A stretch of DNA of 64,000 nt. Origin: an uncultured delta proteobacterium (GTDB lineage: Bacteria; Desulfobacterota; RBG-13-43-22). The stretch is from the NCBI GenBank assembly GCA_963790475.1, contig CAWBOS010000012.1, forward strand, positions 640,001-704,000. The letters are read 5' to 3'. Under the pieces are notes generated by a model. That model was not told where the DNA came from, did no database searches, and saw only the letters and a list, made by a program, of their open reading frames with translations. Each line of letters opens with the position of its first letter. Within the stretch, counting starts at the first letter, position 1. Below, piece after piece: positions 49,739-58,720 of the stretch. Position numbers and translations under genes: made by a program.

Positions 49739-50356
49739 TTAATACGTGAAGATGCCGCCCATCTGAACGCGGGAGGCAACTGATCCCATGTTGTCATTAA
49801 TCGCCGGCCCGAGCCTGAATCCACACCGGTCAAAGCCGTCGTTTTGGATAATGATCGCCGTTGTCTGAGGGGCCTTCTGCATGATCTGAACAATCCTCTG
49901 GATGTACCGGGACCACCAAGCGTCTATCTGATCCCGTTGATCGTACAATGCCTGGCTTTCCGTATCAGAGGGGTTAGCTGACCAACCCGCGCCTGCATAA
50001 ATAGTTGCCAAGGCATAATCCTGAGCTGTCCATCGCGCGACGAATCCGGCACGGGACATCTGGATCGGAATCAGGTCCATGTCCGCTATGATGAGTTGTG
50101 TTGGCCCGGCCTTGCAGTAAGCCTCCAAGTTGGTCCAGAAGGATGAATCGAGCTGTTGGCCACTGAAAGGCGACTTTTCCAAGATATTGTAGGTGACCTG
50201 CCCGTGCGTCGGTTGATCCTGAGGTGCGGGCCCGGAATTGGAAGAACCGGAACCGGAACTGGATTTGTTCTGAGTTAACTCACAGCCGAAAATAATTATG
50301 AATAATATAAAAGAAAAAAGTGAAAGGGATACCTGAATCAACTTTTTCTTTGTCAT
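49739..50356 (-). CDS. Lipoprotein of unknown function with Ser/Gly-rich tether
   Basis: GGAG RBS; MTKKKLIQVSLSLFSFILFIIIFG-C then ELTQNKSSSGSGSSNSGPAP. Confidence 0.7.
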   Translation of the reverse strand: MTKKKLIQVSLSLFSFILFIIIFGCELTQNKSSSGSGSSNSGPAPQDQPTHGQVTYNILEKSPFSGQQLDSSFWTNLEAYCKAGPTQLIIADMDLIPIQMSRAGFVARWTAQDYALATIYAGAGWSANPSDTESQALYDQRDQIDAWWSRYIQRIVQIMQKAPQTTAIIIQNDGFDRCGFRLGPAINDNMGSVASRVQMGGIFTY

Positions 50357-50851
50357 AAATTCTCCAATCTGAAATAATTGAAAAAAATTATTATCTTTTA
50401 AAGACAATAATATACAATAAAGAATGATTTATCTTATAAAAACCGTTGAGAAAGTCAAGAAAAATTAGATAGAAAGATATATTATTCCATTTTCTGCAAC
50501 TTCTTGATTTGGAAGAGGGCCGACTTCGACCTGTAGGCCTTGCGTTTTTAATCTGACTTTAAGAAAGGGTCGGGAACTCCCTGAGTGGAAAGACGCCGGT
50601 GCCGATTTTCATCGTACTCTCTCCTTCGAAATAAGTCCTGATACGGCTTCCTTGCCTGGTGACAGTCAACGATGAAATTTATAAATAATAATAGAAATTT
50701 CCTTATTAGTCAATATAATACAGAATAATACAGAAAAAGAAAAAAATCTTGATTCTTATCATCCAAGATGTTAGATAAAACCGTGCCTAAGAAAAACAAC
50801 AAAAGTATTTAAAAAAAATAAGCCCAAAAAGAATTTTGTATTGGATGGTGT

Positions 50852-51844
50852 TTGATGTCTGAAATGTTGTCTGAACAAGAGATTAGAGCAATTAAAGAAA
50901 AGAATGTAGGAATGTATTCCAAACATCCCTGGCCGGTGAACCGTCGTACTGCAGAAGAAATGGGTTGGCGGTTAAAGGTCCTGGGGATTCATCCCCGGGA
51001 GTTCGAGGGAAAAAGGACCCTGGAATGCGGCTGCGGCACCGGCAATTATGTCATCTGGTACGCCGTAGAGGGAAAGGCCTCTGAGGCCGTGGGGGTTGAC
51101 CTTTCGGATGGATCTCTGGCCGTGGCTAATCAATTGAAAGAAGAAGGTAAGGTCGAAAATGCCACCTTCAGAAAAATGGATGTGTTGAAGCTGGATTTCC
51201 CGGATAATCACTTTGATTATTCTTATTCCTATGGGGTTTTCATGATCACCGGCGATACCGAAGGGGCTTTTAGGGAGATGGTCCGGGTGACCAAGCCGGG
51301 GGGAACCGTTACCCTGAGCATCTATAATACCTTCGGCCGCTTTCCGGTCACCATACGACAGAAAATCATCAATCATTTAGCCCCCAATGATCCCGATAAA
51401 CGGGTAGAACTGGGCAAGAAATACTTTCCCGGCCCTTTTAAGAGATTGGATAAACGGTATTACGGTTTGAATACGGAACAACTGGCCTATGATACTTATG
51501 GGATTCCCTATGAGGAAGTTCACAGTGCCGGGCATGTTCTGGACTGGTTGAAAAAAGCCAATGTCAAATACAAGGGCTCCTTTGCCCCTCTGCGGGTCAG
51601 AGACTATTTTTACGCTTTTTCCTTGGATGAATATAAGGACTTCAGGAGCACCTTTACCGGTTATCCGGCCACTCAGAAGATCAGCGATTTACTCTATAAG
51701 ATCTCCGGAAATAAGAAACAACAGGAATACAAAACCCAATTCCCTTATCCCGGTCCTTTTTCCCGCGGTTTCTGCCAGCTTATGTGGCTTTTAATCGGAG
51801 GCAGCCGTTTTTCCTGTTTCACGATTTCCGGTGTTAAACAATGA
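50852..51844 (+). CDS. Class I SAM-dependent methyltransferase
   Basis: TLECGCGTG, VGVDLS, FPDNHFD, MVRVTKPGG. Confidence 0.9.
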   Translation: MMSEMLSEQEIRAIKEKNVGMYSKHPWPVNRRTAEEMGWRLKVLGIHPREFEGKRTLECGCGTGNYVIWYAVEGKASEAVGVDLSDGSLAVANQLKEEGKVENATFRKMDVLKLDFPDNHFDYSYSYGVFMITGDTEGAFREMVRVTKPGGTVTLSIYNTFGRFPVTIRQKIINHLAPNDPDKRVELGKKYFPGPFKRLDKRYYGLNTEQLAYDTYGIPYEEVHSAGHVLDWLKKANVKYKGSFAPLRVRDYFYAFSLDEYKDFRSTFTGYPATQKISDLLYKISGNKKQQEYKTQFPYPGPFSRGFCQLMWLLIGGSRFSCFTISGVKQ

Positions 51845-52868
51845 TCTTCCTTTTTTTGACCAGCCAGAGATAGAAAAGACAAGCCAAGGCCCCTGACCCC
51901 AGACTGTAATCGACCACCTGAGTCAGGACATGCATGGCCAAGGCCAGAGAAACTCCCTGGGCTGGTGGAATTCCCAACCCGGCCAGAGTTCCCCCTAAAA
52001 TACCTTCATAAAAGCCGATACCGGCCAGCCCGCTTATCGGTAAACTTGCTGCCAGTTCGGACCCCATCAACCCGAAGATGATCATCAAAAAGGGTAAATG
52101 AAGGTTCTGACCTAAAAGGGCGTCAATAACCGCAGTCAGCATCAAATAAAGAAGCGAATATTTAATCACCCGGATAAGGAGCGAAAGCCCCAACAGAGGC
52201 CAAAAAATTCCGGATTTTTTCAAGGTGTGAAAAGAATGGCTGATCTCTTTTAATCGAATGGTCAAGTTTTCTTTCCAAGCAGATTTTGCCGGGGCGGATG
52301 GTTTGCTCCAGCCCTCCGACCAATGGGTCAAGCCTTTGGTTATAGGTTCCAGAAACATCAGGACCAAAAGGCCGACGGCCAGAATAAATCCTGACAAGGC
52401 CCAGAGCCAGGGATAGCGAGGAGCGGTCGTCAGACTGTCCCACAAAACCGCCAAACCCAGCAAAGGGCCGAGACTTATTAAGTCAAAGATAAAGGCATAA
52501 GTAAAGGAGGTCAAGCAGTGGGACAAGTCGACCCCGACCACCCGATTCAGGAGTACCGGATAAGAAAGTCCTCCGACCCTGGCCGGGAGGAAGTCTACCA
52601 GCATATTTCGAACAGCCGTTACCAGGGTCAGTCCCCCGAAGGGAACCTTGATCTGTTGGGAGGAGGTTCTAATTAACAGCCGATAACGCCAACTCCTCAG
52701 GAAAAGACCGGCCCCGTAAAGGGTTAAATAAGCCCAGGCGAAGAGAGGATTAAAGCGGGTTATGAGGTGGTTCCAGGATAAAATGCCGGGTTGAGAAAAG
52801 ACATAATACAGGAGGGAGAAGGTGGTCAGAAAAGAAAAAAAAAGAAAAAATATTCTTTTTCCCATCAC
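51834..52868 (-). CDS. Lysylphosphatidylglycerol-synthase-TM / flippase-like membrane protein
   Basis: LRSWRYRLL, DFLPARVGG, LPISGLAGIGFYE; about 8 TM segments. Confidence 0.8.
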   Translation of the reverse strand: MMGKRIFFLFFSFLTTFSLLYYVFSQPGILSWNHLITRFNPLFAWAYLTLYGAGLFLRSWRYRLLIRTSSQQIKVPFGGLTLVTAVRNMLVDFLPARVGGLSYPVLLNRVVGVDLSHCLTSFTYAFIFDLISLGPLLGLAVLWDSLTTAPRYPWLWALSGFILAVGLLVLMFLEPITKGLTHWSEGWSKPSAPAKSAWKENLTIRLKEISHSFHTLKKSGIFWPLLGLSLLIRVIKYSLLYLMLTAVIDALLGQNLHLPFLMIIFGLMGSELAASLPISGLAGIGFYEGILGGTLAGLGIPPAQGVSLALAMHVLTQVVDYSLGSGALACLFYLWLVKKRKIIV

Positions 52869-53611
52869 TCTTTCTTGGGCAGGGTTTTGACAACCCGGGC
52901 CGGGGTTCCCACGGCAATACTGTTGGGGGGAATGGGGGTGTTCACCAGACTATTGGCCCCGATGACCGAATGGTTGCCGATATGACAATTTTGAAGGATA
53001 GTGACCTTTGCGGCAATCCAGCAATCACTGCCGATCTCCAAAGGAAGACAATCCCCGACTCCCATATCTTCCGATAAGTAATCGTGTTCCCCCCCGCTCA
53101 TTACCAGACAGTAAGGGCCGATGAAGGTCCGTGGTCCGATCCTGAGGAGAGTGGTGGAACTGAGGGTGGAATAATAACTGATATTGACCTCATCTTCCAG
53201 GATCATGTCGCCGTTTTTAGCCTGAAGGATACTCCCCTGACCGATAAAAACATCATTGTCGATGTGGATTCCCTTATTAGTGGTTCCTTTGGCATCCAGC
53301 ATAACACCGTCATCGATAAAGACCCGATCACCAATACTGATCTTATAGGGAGAACGAATGGATAGATCCCGGCCAAAAATGACCTTCTTGCCCACTTTCT
53401 GAAAAAGGAAAGGGTAAAACAGGGAGCGCAAGGACAAACCAAGGGCTCCGGGAATCCAGCCGAAGAGGGTGATAATAGTTTCGTATTTAATTAAAGACCA
53501 CCAACTCCCCTCACCGACCATAAAGGATTTGTATTTTGAAGCCAATCCTCCTGAGGAATCAAAGATGGTCTTGACCCGGAATTGATTGACTTCACGGTTT
53601 TCACACTTCAT
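52865..53611 (-). CDS. Hexapeptide-repeat (left-handed beta-helix) acyltransferase
   Basis: IGDRVFI, IGSDCWIAAKVTIL, IGNHSVIGANSLV, IAVGTPARVVK. Confidence 0.9.
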   Translation of the reverse strand: MKCENREVNQFRVKTIFDSSGGLASKYKSFMVGEGSWWSLIKYETIITLFGWIPGALGLSLRSLFYPFLFQKVGKKVIFGRDLSIRSPYKISIGDRVFIDDGVMLDAKGTTNKGIHIDNDVFIGQGSILQAKNGDMILEDEVNISYYSTLSSTTLLRIGPRTFIGPYCLVMSGGEHDYLSEDMGVGDCLPLEIGSDCWIAAKVTILQNCHIGNHSVIGANSLVNTPIPPNSIAVGTPARVVKTLPKKE

Positions 53612-53624
53612 AGTTATCTACTTT

Positions 53625-55028
53625 TCATAAACCTTTAAGCAGTTTTCGAAGGGGTCTTCGGAATTTTCCCAGGATCGCTAAAAGGGTTTCCCCGTAATTG
53701 GAAAGCATAACCCGGTAACCGAGGGCCCTGATCTTTGAATAAGGCCAGAAGACCTTGAAGGCAAACCATTTAAGGGAGTTTTCGATCGCCTCCGGTTTAT
53801 ATTGGGGCATATCCAGAATACTTTTTTTGTAGATCACATCGTCATCTTTCAGGACGTCTTGTTCTTCCTTCAAATATCCTTTCTCCAAACAGAGATCATA
53901 GAGATCGGTACCGGGAAAAGGATAAAAAATGCTGATCCCGGCTACATCAGGCCGGATCTGCTGATTGAGCTTAATGGTGGCCTGGTGCAACTCCGGCGTC
54001 TCTCCGGGCAGACCGACCATGTTCAGGGTTTTAACCTGGAGGCCCACCTCCTTGGCAATCCTGGAAACCTCCAGCATCTGTTTGTTGGTTGTTTTTCTGC
54101 GCAAAACCTGATTCCGGAAGTTCTGGTCCCCATGTTCGACCCCGAACCCGACACGGGTGCCCCCGGCTTCTTTTAGTTTGGTCAATTTGTCCCGGTCCAG
54201 GATCTCTGCCCGGCCGGAAAACATAAAAGGGAGGCCGATCTCTTTTTTATAGCGATCGGCAAACTCATGAACCAGATCGCGATCGATCCAGCAGATGTCA
54301 TCGTCAAACAGGATCTCGCTAAAGCGATATTTTTTTTGAAGCCCTTTGATCTCGTTAATGATATGATCAGCACTCCGGAAGCGGACATAGGCTCCTTGCT
54401 GCAATTTTCTGATGCGGTGGTTGGAACAGAAGGTACAATTGAAGGGACATCCTCGCCCGGCAAGGATGCGGATCTGAGAAAGTCCCCAATTGTCGATAAC
54501 CTTTTGATGGTCGCTCAGCTCACGGTCCACAAAAGGGAGGCTGTCGAGATCCTGAATAAAAGGACGGGTTGGATTTTGGATCTGGCGTCCATTTTCTTTT
54601 ACCCAGAGATTTTTTATTCGGGTATAATCTTTTCCCTGCTCCAAAGCTTGGGCCAGTTCCAGCATGGGGTATTCCCCTTCACCGATACAAAGGGCATTCA
54701 AACGCGAGGTCTGTTCCAGACACTGGGGGAAGATAGTCGGGTGAGGCCCCCCCAGAATGATAAACATGCCGGGATCATCCACGGCCTGGACCATTTTTTG
54801 AATAAATTGAAATTGGGGTGCAGTAGTATAAATACCTATTAATTGGGGATTGATACGCTTGAGGTCATCCCGCCACTGTTCAAGATAACCCCTATCCGGA
54901 TAATAACCAAGATGAATATCAGTGTAACCGTTTTGTTTTAGAAAAGCGGAGATGGACATCAACCCGTGGGCTGCGCCTAACTGGCCGAATCTTTGATTGA
55001 TTTCCGTTAGAACTAATAATATTCTCAT
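53625..55028 (-). CDS. B12-binding-domain radical SAM protein (class B methyltransferase-like)
   Basis: N-terminal cobalamin-binding region (ILGGPHPT, CIGEGEY); GRGCPFNCTFC CxxxCxxC motif; PFPGTDLY. Confidence 0.9.
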   Translation of the reverse strand: MRILLVLTEINQRFGQLGAAHGLMSISAFLKQNGYTDIHLGYYPDRGYLEQWRDDLKRINPQLIGIYTTAPQFQFIQKMVQAVDDPGMFIILGGPHPTIFPQCLEQTSRLNALCIGEGEYPMLELAQALEQGKDYTRIKNLWVKENGRQIQNPTRPFIQDLDSLPFVDRELSDHQKVIDNWGLSQIRILAGRGCPFNCTFCSNHRIRKLQQGAYVRFRSADHIINEIKGLQKKYRFSEILFDDDICWIDRDLVHEFADRYKKEIGLPFMFSGRAEILDRDKLTKLKEAGGTRVGFGVEHGDQNFRNQVLRRKTTNKQMLEVSRIAKEVGLQVKTLNMVGLPGETPELHQATIKLNQQIRPDVAGISIFYPFPGTDLYDLCLEKGYLKEEQDVLKDDDVIYKKSILDMPQYKPEAIENSLKWFAFKVFWPYSKIRALGYRVMLSNYGETLLAILGKFRRPLRKLLKGL

Positions 55029-55042
55029 TAATTATTTCCGAC

Positions 55043-55089
55043 CCCAACCCCTTCCCTCCCCCCTCCGAAGGGGGAGGGAAGGGGTTGGG
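55043..55089. repeat. Perfect 20-bp GC-rich inverted repeat (REP-like hairpin) between divergent genes
   Basis: cccaaccccttccctccccc - ctccgaa - gggggagggaaggggttggg. Degenerate relatives near 43985 and 62278-62332. Confidence 0.8.
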
Positions 55090-55112
55090 AGGATATAAGA
55101 ATTTCAAAGTTA

Positions 55113-56273
55113 GTGAAAATAGATAAATACCATATGGCGATTGTTGAGACAAGGACAAATCTCCGTGTCAGGAACAGAGGGTGGAGTTTGGAAATGAGAG
55201 GCATGGAAAAGGGGAAAATGAACCCCGGAAAAGACCTTTTTCGGAGGCGGAAAATATTATGGGGGATCTTAACCCTAACCGCAGTATTTCTGGCCGTTGT
55301 GTTTTTTTATTTTCTGGGGGTTCGATCTGTTTACCGTCATTTCGGCCTTTATTTCCTAAAGCCTACGGAAACCCAATGGCCGGCCGGATCCCGAGAGGCT
55401 ATTCGTGCCCTTCTCGGACCCCTGAAAGGCAAAGTGGTCTGGGGGTCCAGCCGAACCGGAACCCACCAGATTTTTTTAATGACCCTCCCCGAACTTACTA
55501 TTTATCAATTGACCAATGACCCCCATGTCAATTATTTCCCCCGCTTCAGCCCGGATGGGAAACGGATTATTTTCGCCCGGTCCCAAAAAAAGTGGGTATC
55601 GGAAAGAGATCAAATTCCCTGGGATGTCTATCTCTATAATCTGGAGGACGGAAAAGAGAATTTGGTGGTCCGTAACGGCAATTTTCCTCTCTGGCTTCCA
55701 GACGGGCAGCGGATCCTCTTTTTGAGAGAGTATCGGGTGATCATTTTGGACCTTGTTTCTAAAAAAGAAAGGATAATCTTTGATGGTCACCAACCTCCCT
55801 TTGATGCCCAACCATCGACCCCGGAGTTGTCTCCTCTGAATCAAAACCTGCTGGCCGTAACGCTGCGGGGGAAACAGGACGGGGTTTTTCTGGTGGACCT
55901 TTCCAAGGGTTCCATGACCTTTCTGGGAATAGGTGCTTGTGAATTAACCTGGCTGCCCGGGTCTTCTGATTTGGTTTGGGTGGAAAATGGGGGCCGGGGT
56001 GGAACCCTTCTGATGGCCTCCCCTATCCAAAAGGTGGAAAGAAGGATCTTCATGGATCTGCCCTTTTCTTTCAGCCATGAATACTTTCCGAGATTCTCCC
56101 GGAACGGGCAATGGCTTGTTTGGGGGGCGTCTGAGGGGGATCACGAGCATGATCTGGCTGATTATGAAATTTTTCTTTGGAGGGTAGGTACTCCCTGGGG
56201 GTCCGCCGTCCGCTTGACCTTCAACAAGGCCAATGACCGCTTTCCTGAAATTTTTATTGAAAATACCAGGTGA
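55113..56273 (+). CDS. Membrane-anchored TolB-like PD40 beta-propeller protein (start probably 55203 or 55218)
   Basis: N-terminal TM; SSRTGTHQIFLM, FPRFSPDGKRIIF, WLPDGQRI, FPRFSRNGQWLVW. Confidence 0.8.
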   Translation: MKIDKYHMAIVETRTNLRVRNRGWSLEMRGMEKGKMNPGKDLFRRRKILWGILTLTAVFLAVVFFYFLGVRSVYRHFGLYFLKPTETQWPAGSREAIRALLGPLKGKVVWGSSRTGTHQIFLMTLPELTIYQLTNDPHVNYFPRFSPDGKRIIFARSQKKWVSERDQIPWDVYLYNLEDGKENLVVRNGNFPLWLPDGQRILFLREYRVIILDLVSKKERIIFDGHQPPFDAQPSTPELSPLNQNLLAVTLRGKQDGVFLVDLSKGSMTFLGIGACELTWLPGSSDLVWVENGGRGGTLLMASPIQKVERRIFMDLPFSFSHEYFPRFSRNGQWLVWGASEGDHEHDLADYEIFLWRVGTPWGSAVRLTFNKANDRFPEIFIENTR

Positions 56274-56286
56274 GCCTAATATCCAT

Positions 56287-56824
56287 TCATTTGATGGGTT
56301 TCAATTGCGCTTTTGAATTCTGGATTCGTTTCGAAGCAGAGGTGCCCTGTTTCCGAAAGGTGATATCATAAGGTTCATACAACTCCTGCCCATGGTCATC
56401 GAAATAATGGAGGTCCATGAGTCCGCTGATTGTTTTTTTATCGGTACCCATGAAATCCATTGAGTACTTTTCATAAACTGTGAGGTCACCGCAAAAATGA
56501 TAAGTCCGGCCTTTCACGTAACCGTCCTCCCGTAACCAAAATTCTCCATCGACGATCTCCGGCCGGGGCAGTGGTTATTTTCATACCCGAGAAGTCCAAA
56601 TTTCCGTCGAAGGTCATGGTCCCGGTCAAGGTGAACGGTGATATTTGTCTGTCGGATCTGAATTACCAGGTTCCTTCCAGATCGGTATTGCCGTAGGTTG
56701 TGGGAGTGGTTCCACCTCCGCCTCCGTCTGTTGAGCTTCCACCTCCGCTGCCGGATCCGGAGGAACATGAGGTGATTAACCAAAACAAGGAAATAATTAT
56801 CCAAAAACCTTTATTGAATTTCAC
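56287..56824 (-). pseudogene. Disrupted lipoprotein with Ser/Gly-rich tether
   Basis: GTG 56824 gives MKFNKGFWIIISLFWLITS-C SSGSGSGGGSSTDGGGGGTTPTTYGNTDLEGTW, then an in-frame TAA (56663-56665). It continues FRSDRQISPFTLTGTMTFDG and, after frameshifts, joins ORF 56287..56517. Confidence 0.7.
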
Positions 56825-57068
56825 AGGAAAACGATATAGGATATTATAAATTTTCCGTCAAGGCAAAAATTCCTTGGACCACTGAAAGCTTCTATTCGTA
56901 TCCTGGTCTTTTTCTTCATTGTTTTTCGGCTAATTTGTTGAGTTGACAGATAAAGAGCGGCATGGTAGATAAAAAGCTGTCAAAGAGGGACGACAGCTCT
57001 CTCCGCCCCCAGCTCTTTGCATTTTCGTTCCGGGGACCATCGACGGACAAATCAATAGACAGGTCAAC

Positions 57069-57884
57069 ATGGGTGATGATTACAAAATGTTCGAGCTTGA
57101 AGGAGAATACCTTCGGCACACGGACTACCATCTTTTTCCCGGAGGCCGAAAACGTCTTCGGGTAATAGTTAAATACTGCGAGCAAAAATCCAGGCAAATG
57201 GGAAGGCGGCTCAATATCCTGGATGTGGGTTGTGGAAACGGCTCGAACAGTCTTCCCATAGCCAGTCTTGGTCATCATCTGGTCGGTATCGATATCTCTC
57301 TCGAGTCGGTTGAGTACGCCCGAAACCGAAATCCTTTTTCGAATGCCCGTTTTATGGTTCACAACCTTATGGAACAGCCCCTATCCGAGAAATTCGATTT
57401 TGTTATCTGCTCCGAGGTCCTTGAACATTTGACGGATCCCGGACCCCTCGTCCGGGCCATATCCGGGGTATTGGTAACGGGAGGCCTGCTGGTGATTACC
57501 GTCCCCAACGGTTACGGCCCCCGGGAGGTACTTGGTCGGCTGGAACAGCGTTTAAGAAGAAGCCGTGTCCTGCAGCCACTTGTGGAAGGTTTTCGTGGAC
57601 TGTTCCATATGAGTTCCGCTGCCGAGAAATGCCGTATGCACACCTCCAATCCGGATCAGGACCATGTCCAGAAGTTCACTCAGGGTCAGTTGAAACACCT
57701 GATTGAATCGAGCGGTCTACGGGTGGCGGAATGGGTGGGCTCTTTCTGGCTATTGAGTCTTTTCGGGAAGGCCAAGGAAGGTACGAATCTCATAGCCCGG
57801 ATCGACTCCTGGCTGGCGGATATCGGCCCGGCGATAATCGCCAGCGGTTGGTATGTGGTTTGTGAGAAACCCGATGGACAATAA
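57069..57884 (+). CDS. Class I SAM-dependent methyltransferase (UbiG-like fold)
   Basis: ILDVGCGNG, GIDIS, FDFVICSEVLEHLTDP, ITVPN. Confidence 0.9.
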   Translation: MGDDYKMFELEGEYLRHTDYHLFPGGRKRLRVIVKYCEQKSRQMGRRLNILDVGCGNGSNSLPIASLGHHLVGIDISLESVEYARNRNPFSNARFMVHNLMEQPLSEKFDFVICSEVLEHLTDPGPLVRAISGVLVTGGLLVITVPNGYGPREVLGRLEQRLRRSRVLQPLVEGFRGLFHMSSAAEKCRMHTSNPDQDHVQKFTQGQLKHLIESSGLRVAEWVGSFWLLSLFGKAKEGTNLIARIDSWLADIGPAIIASGWYVVCEKPDGQ

Positions 57885-58716
57885 TTCCAAACCGGACCAT
57901 TTTATTTTGGCCGACGGTCATGTGCATATTTATCGCAATTTTAGTTTAGAAATCCTATTGAACCGGGCTCGCGAAAATTTTCAGGAGGTGTCGGCCCTAC
58001 AAGGCTATAAATATCCAAGGACCGTTTTTTTATTCTTGACCGAAACGAAAAAAGAAAATTGGTTTTCCTTCTTGAAGCAACAGACGACAGAAAATAAGGA
58101 GTTTCCTTCACCGGGTTTTGGAAAATGGAGTTTCCGGCAAACCCGGGAAGAAAGTTCCCTTTACGGGCGGTCCAATAAAGAAGATGGTCTTTTTTTGATT
58201 GCCGGACGTCAGATCAAGGCCGAAAGAAACCTGGAGGTTCTGGCCCTGGGGACAATTGAGTCTTTTGAAGAGGGACGGCCGGTCGAGGAATTAATTCATA
58301 CTATTAGCCAGAAAGGGGCCATTCCGGTCATCCCCTGGGGGGCTGGAAAATGGCTTGGGGCAAGAGGACGGATGATAAAACAACTTCTTCTAAATCAGGA
58401 TGGCCCTCTATTTTTTTTAGGCGATACCAGAAATCGTCCTGTCTTTTGGCCCAAGTCGTCTATTTTCAAACAGGCGGAACATCAGGGGTTGAAGACCCTT
58501 CCCGGCAGTGATCCCCTACCTTTGTCGTCCCAGGAGAAGTTTACGGGAAGTTATGGTTTTTGGCTAAGGGGAGATATTAATGCCGATTATCCCTTCGCCA
58601 GCATCAAAAAATTGCTCATCGATCCTGAGACTTCGGTTGTCCCTTACGGAAAAGGGGAAGGGTTCTTCCGTTTTTTTCGGGAACAGGTCCGTCTGAGAAT
58701 AACGGCCGGGAAATAA
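57874..58716 (+). CDS. PHP-like metallo-phosphoesterase-fold hypothetical protein
   Basis: ADGHVHIY N-terminal HxH motif; LTE; GSDPLP near the C-terminus. Confidence 0.6.
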   Translation: MDNNSKPDHFILADGHVHIYRNFSLEILLNRARENFQEVSALQGYKYPRTVFLFLTETKKENWFSFLKQQTTENKEFPSPGFGKWSFRQTREESSLYGRSNKEDGLFLIAGRQIKAERNLEVLALGTIESFEEGRPVEELIHTISQKGAIPVIPWGAGKWLGARGRMIKQLLLNQDGPLFFLGDTRNRPVFWPKSSIFKQAEHQGLKTLPGSDPLPLSSQEKFTGSYGFWLRGDINADYPFASIKKLLIDPETSVVPYGKGEGFFRFFREQVRLRITAGK

Positions 58717-58720
58717 GAAT

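Noticed and set aside
12879-56665. In-frame stops inside otherwise conserved frames (TGA 12879, TGA 23724, TAG 27056, TAA 56663) as stop-codon recoding
   Set aside because: All three stop types occur, they are accompanied by frameshifts or a decayed motif, and intact genes end normally in TAA, TAG and TGA. Pseudogenisation is the simpler explanation.
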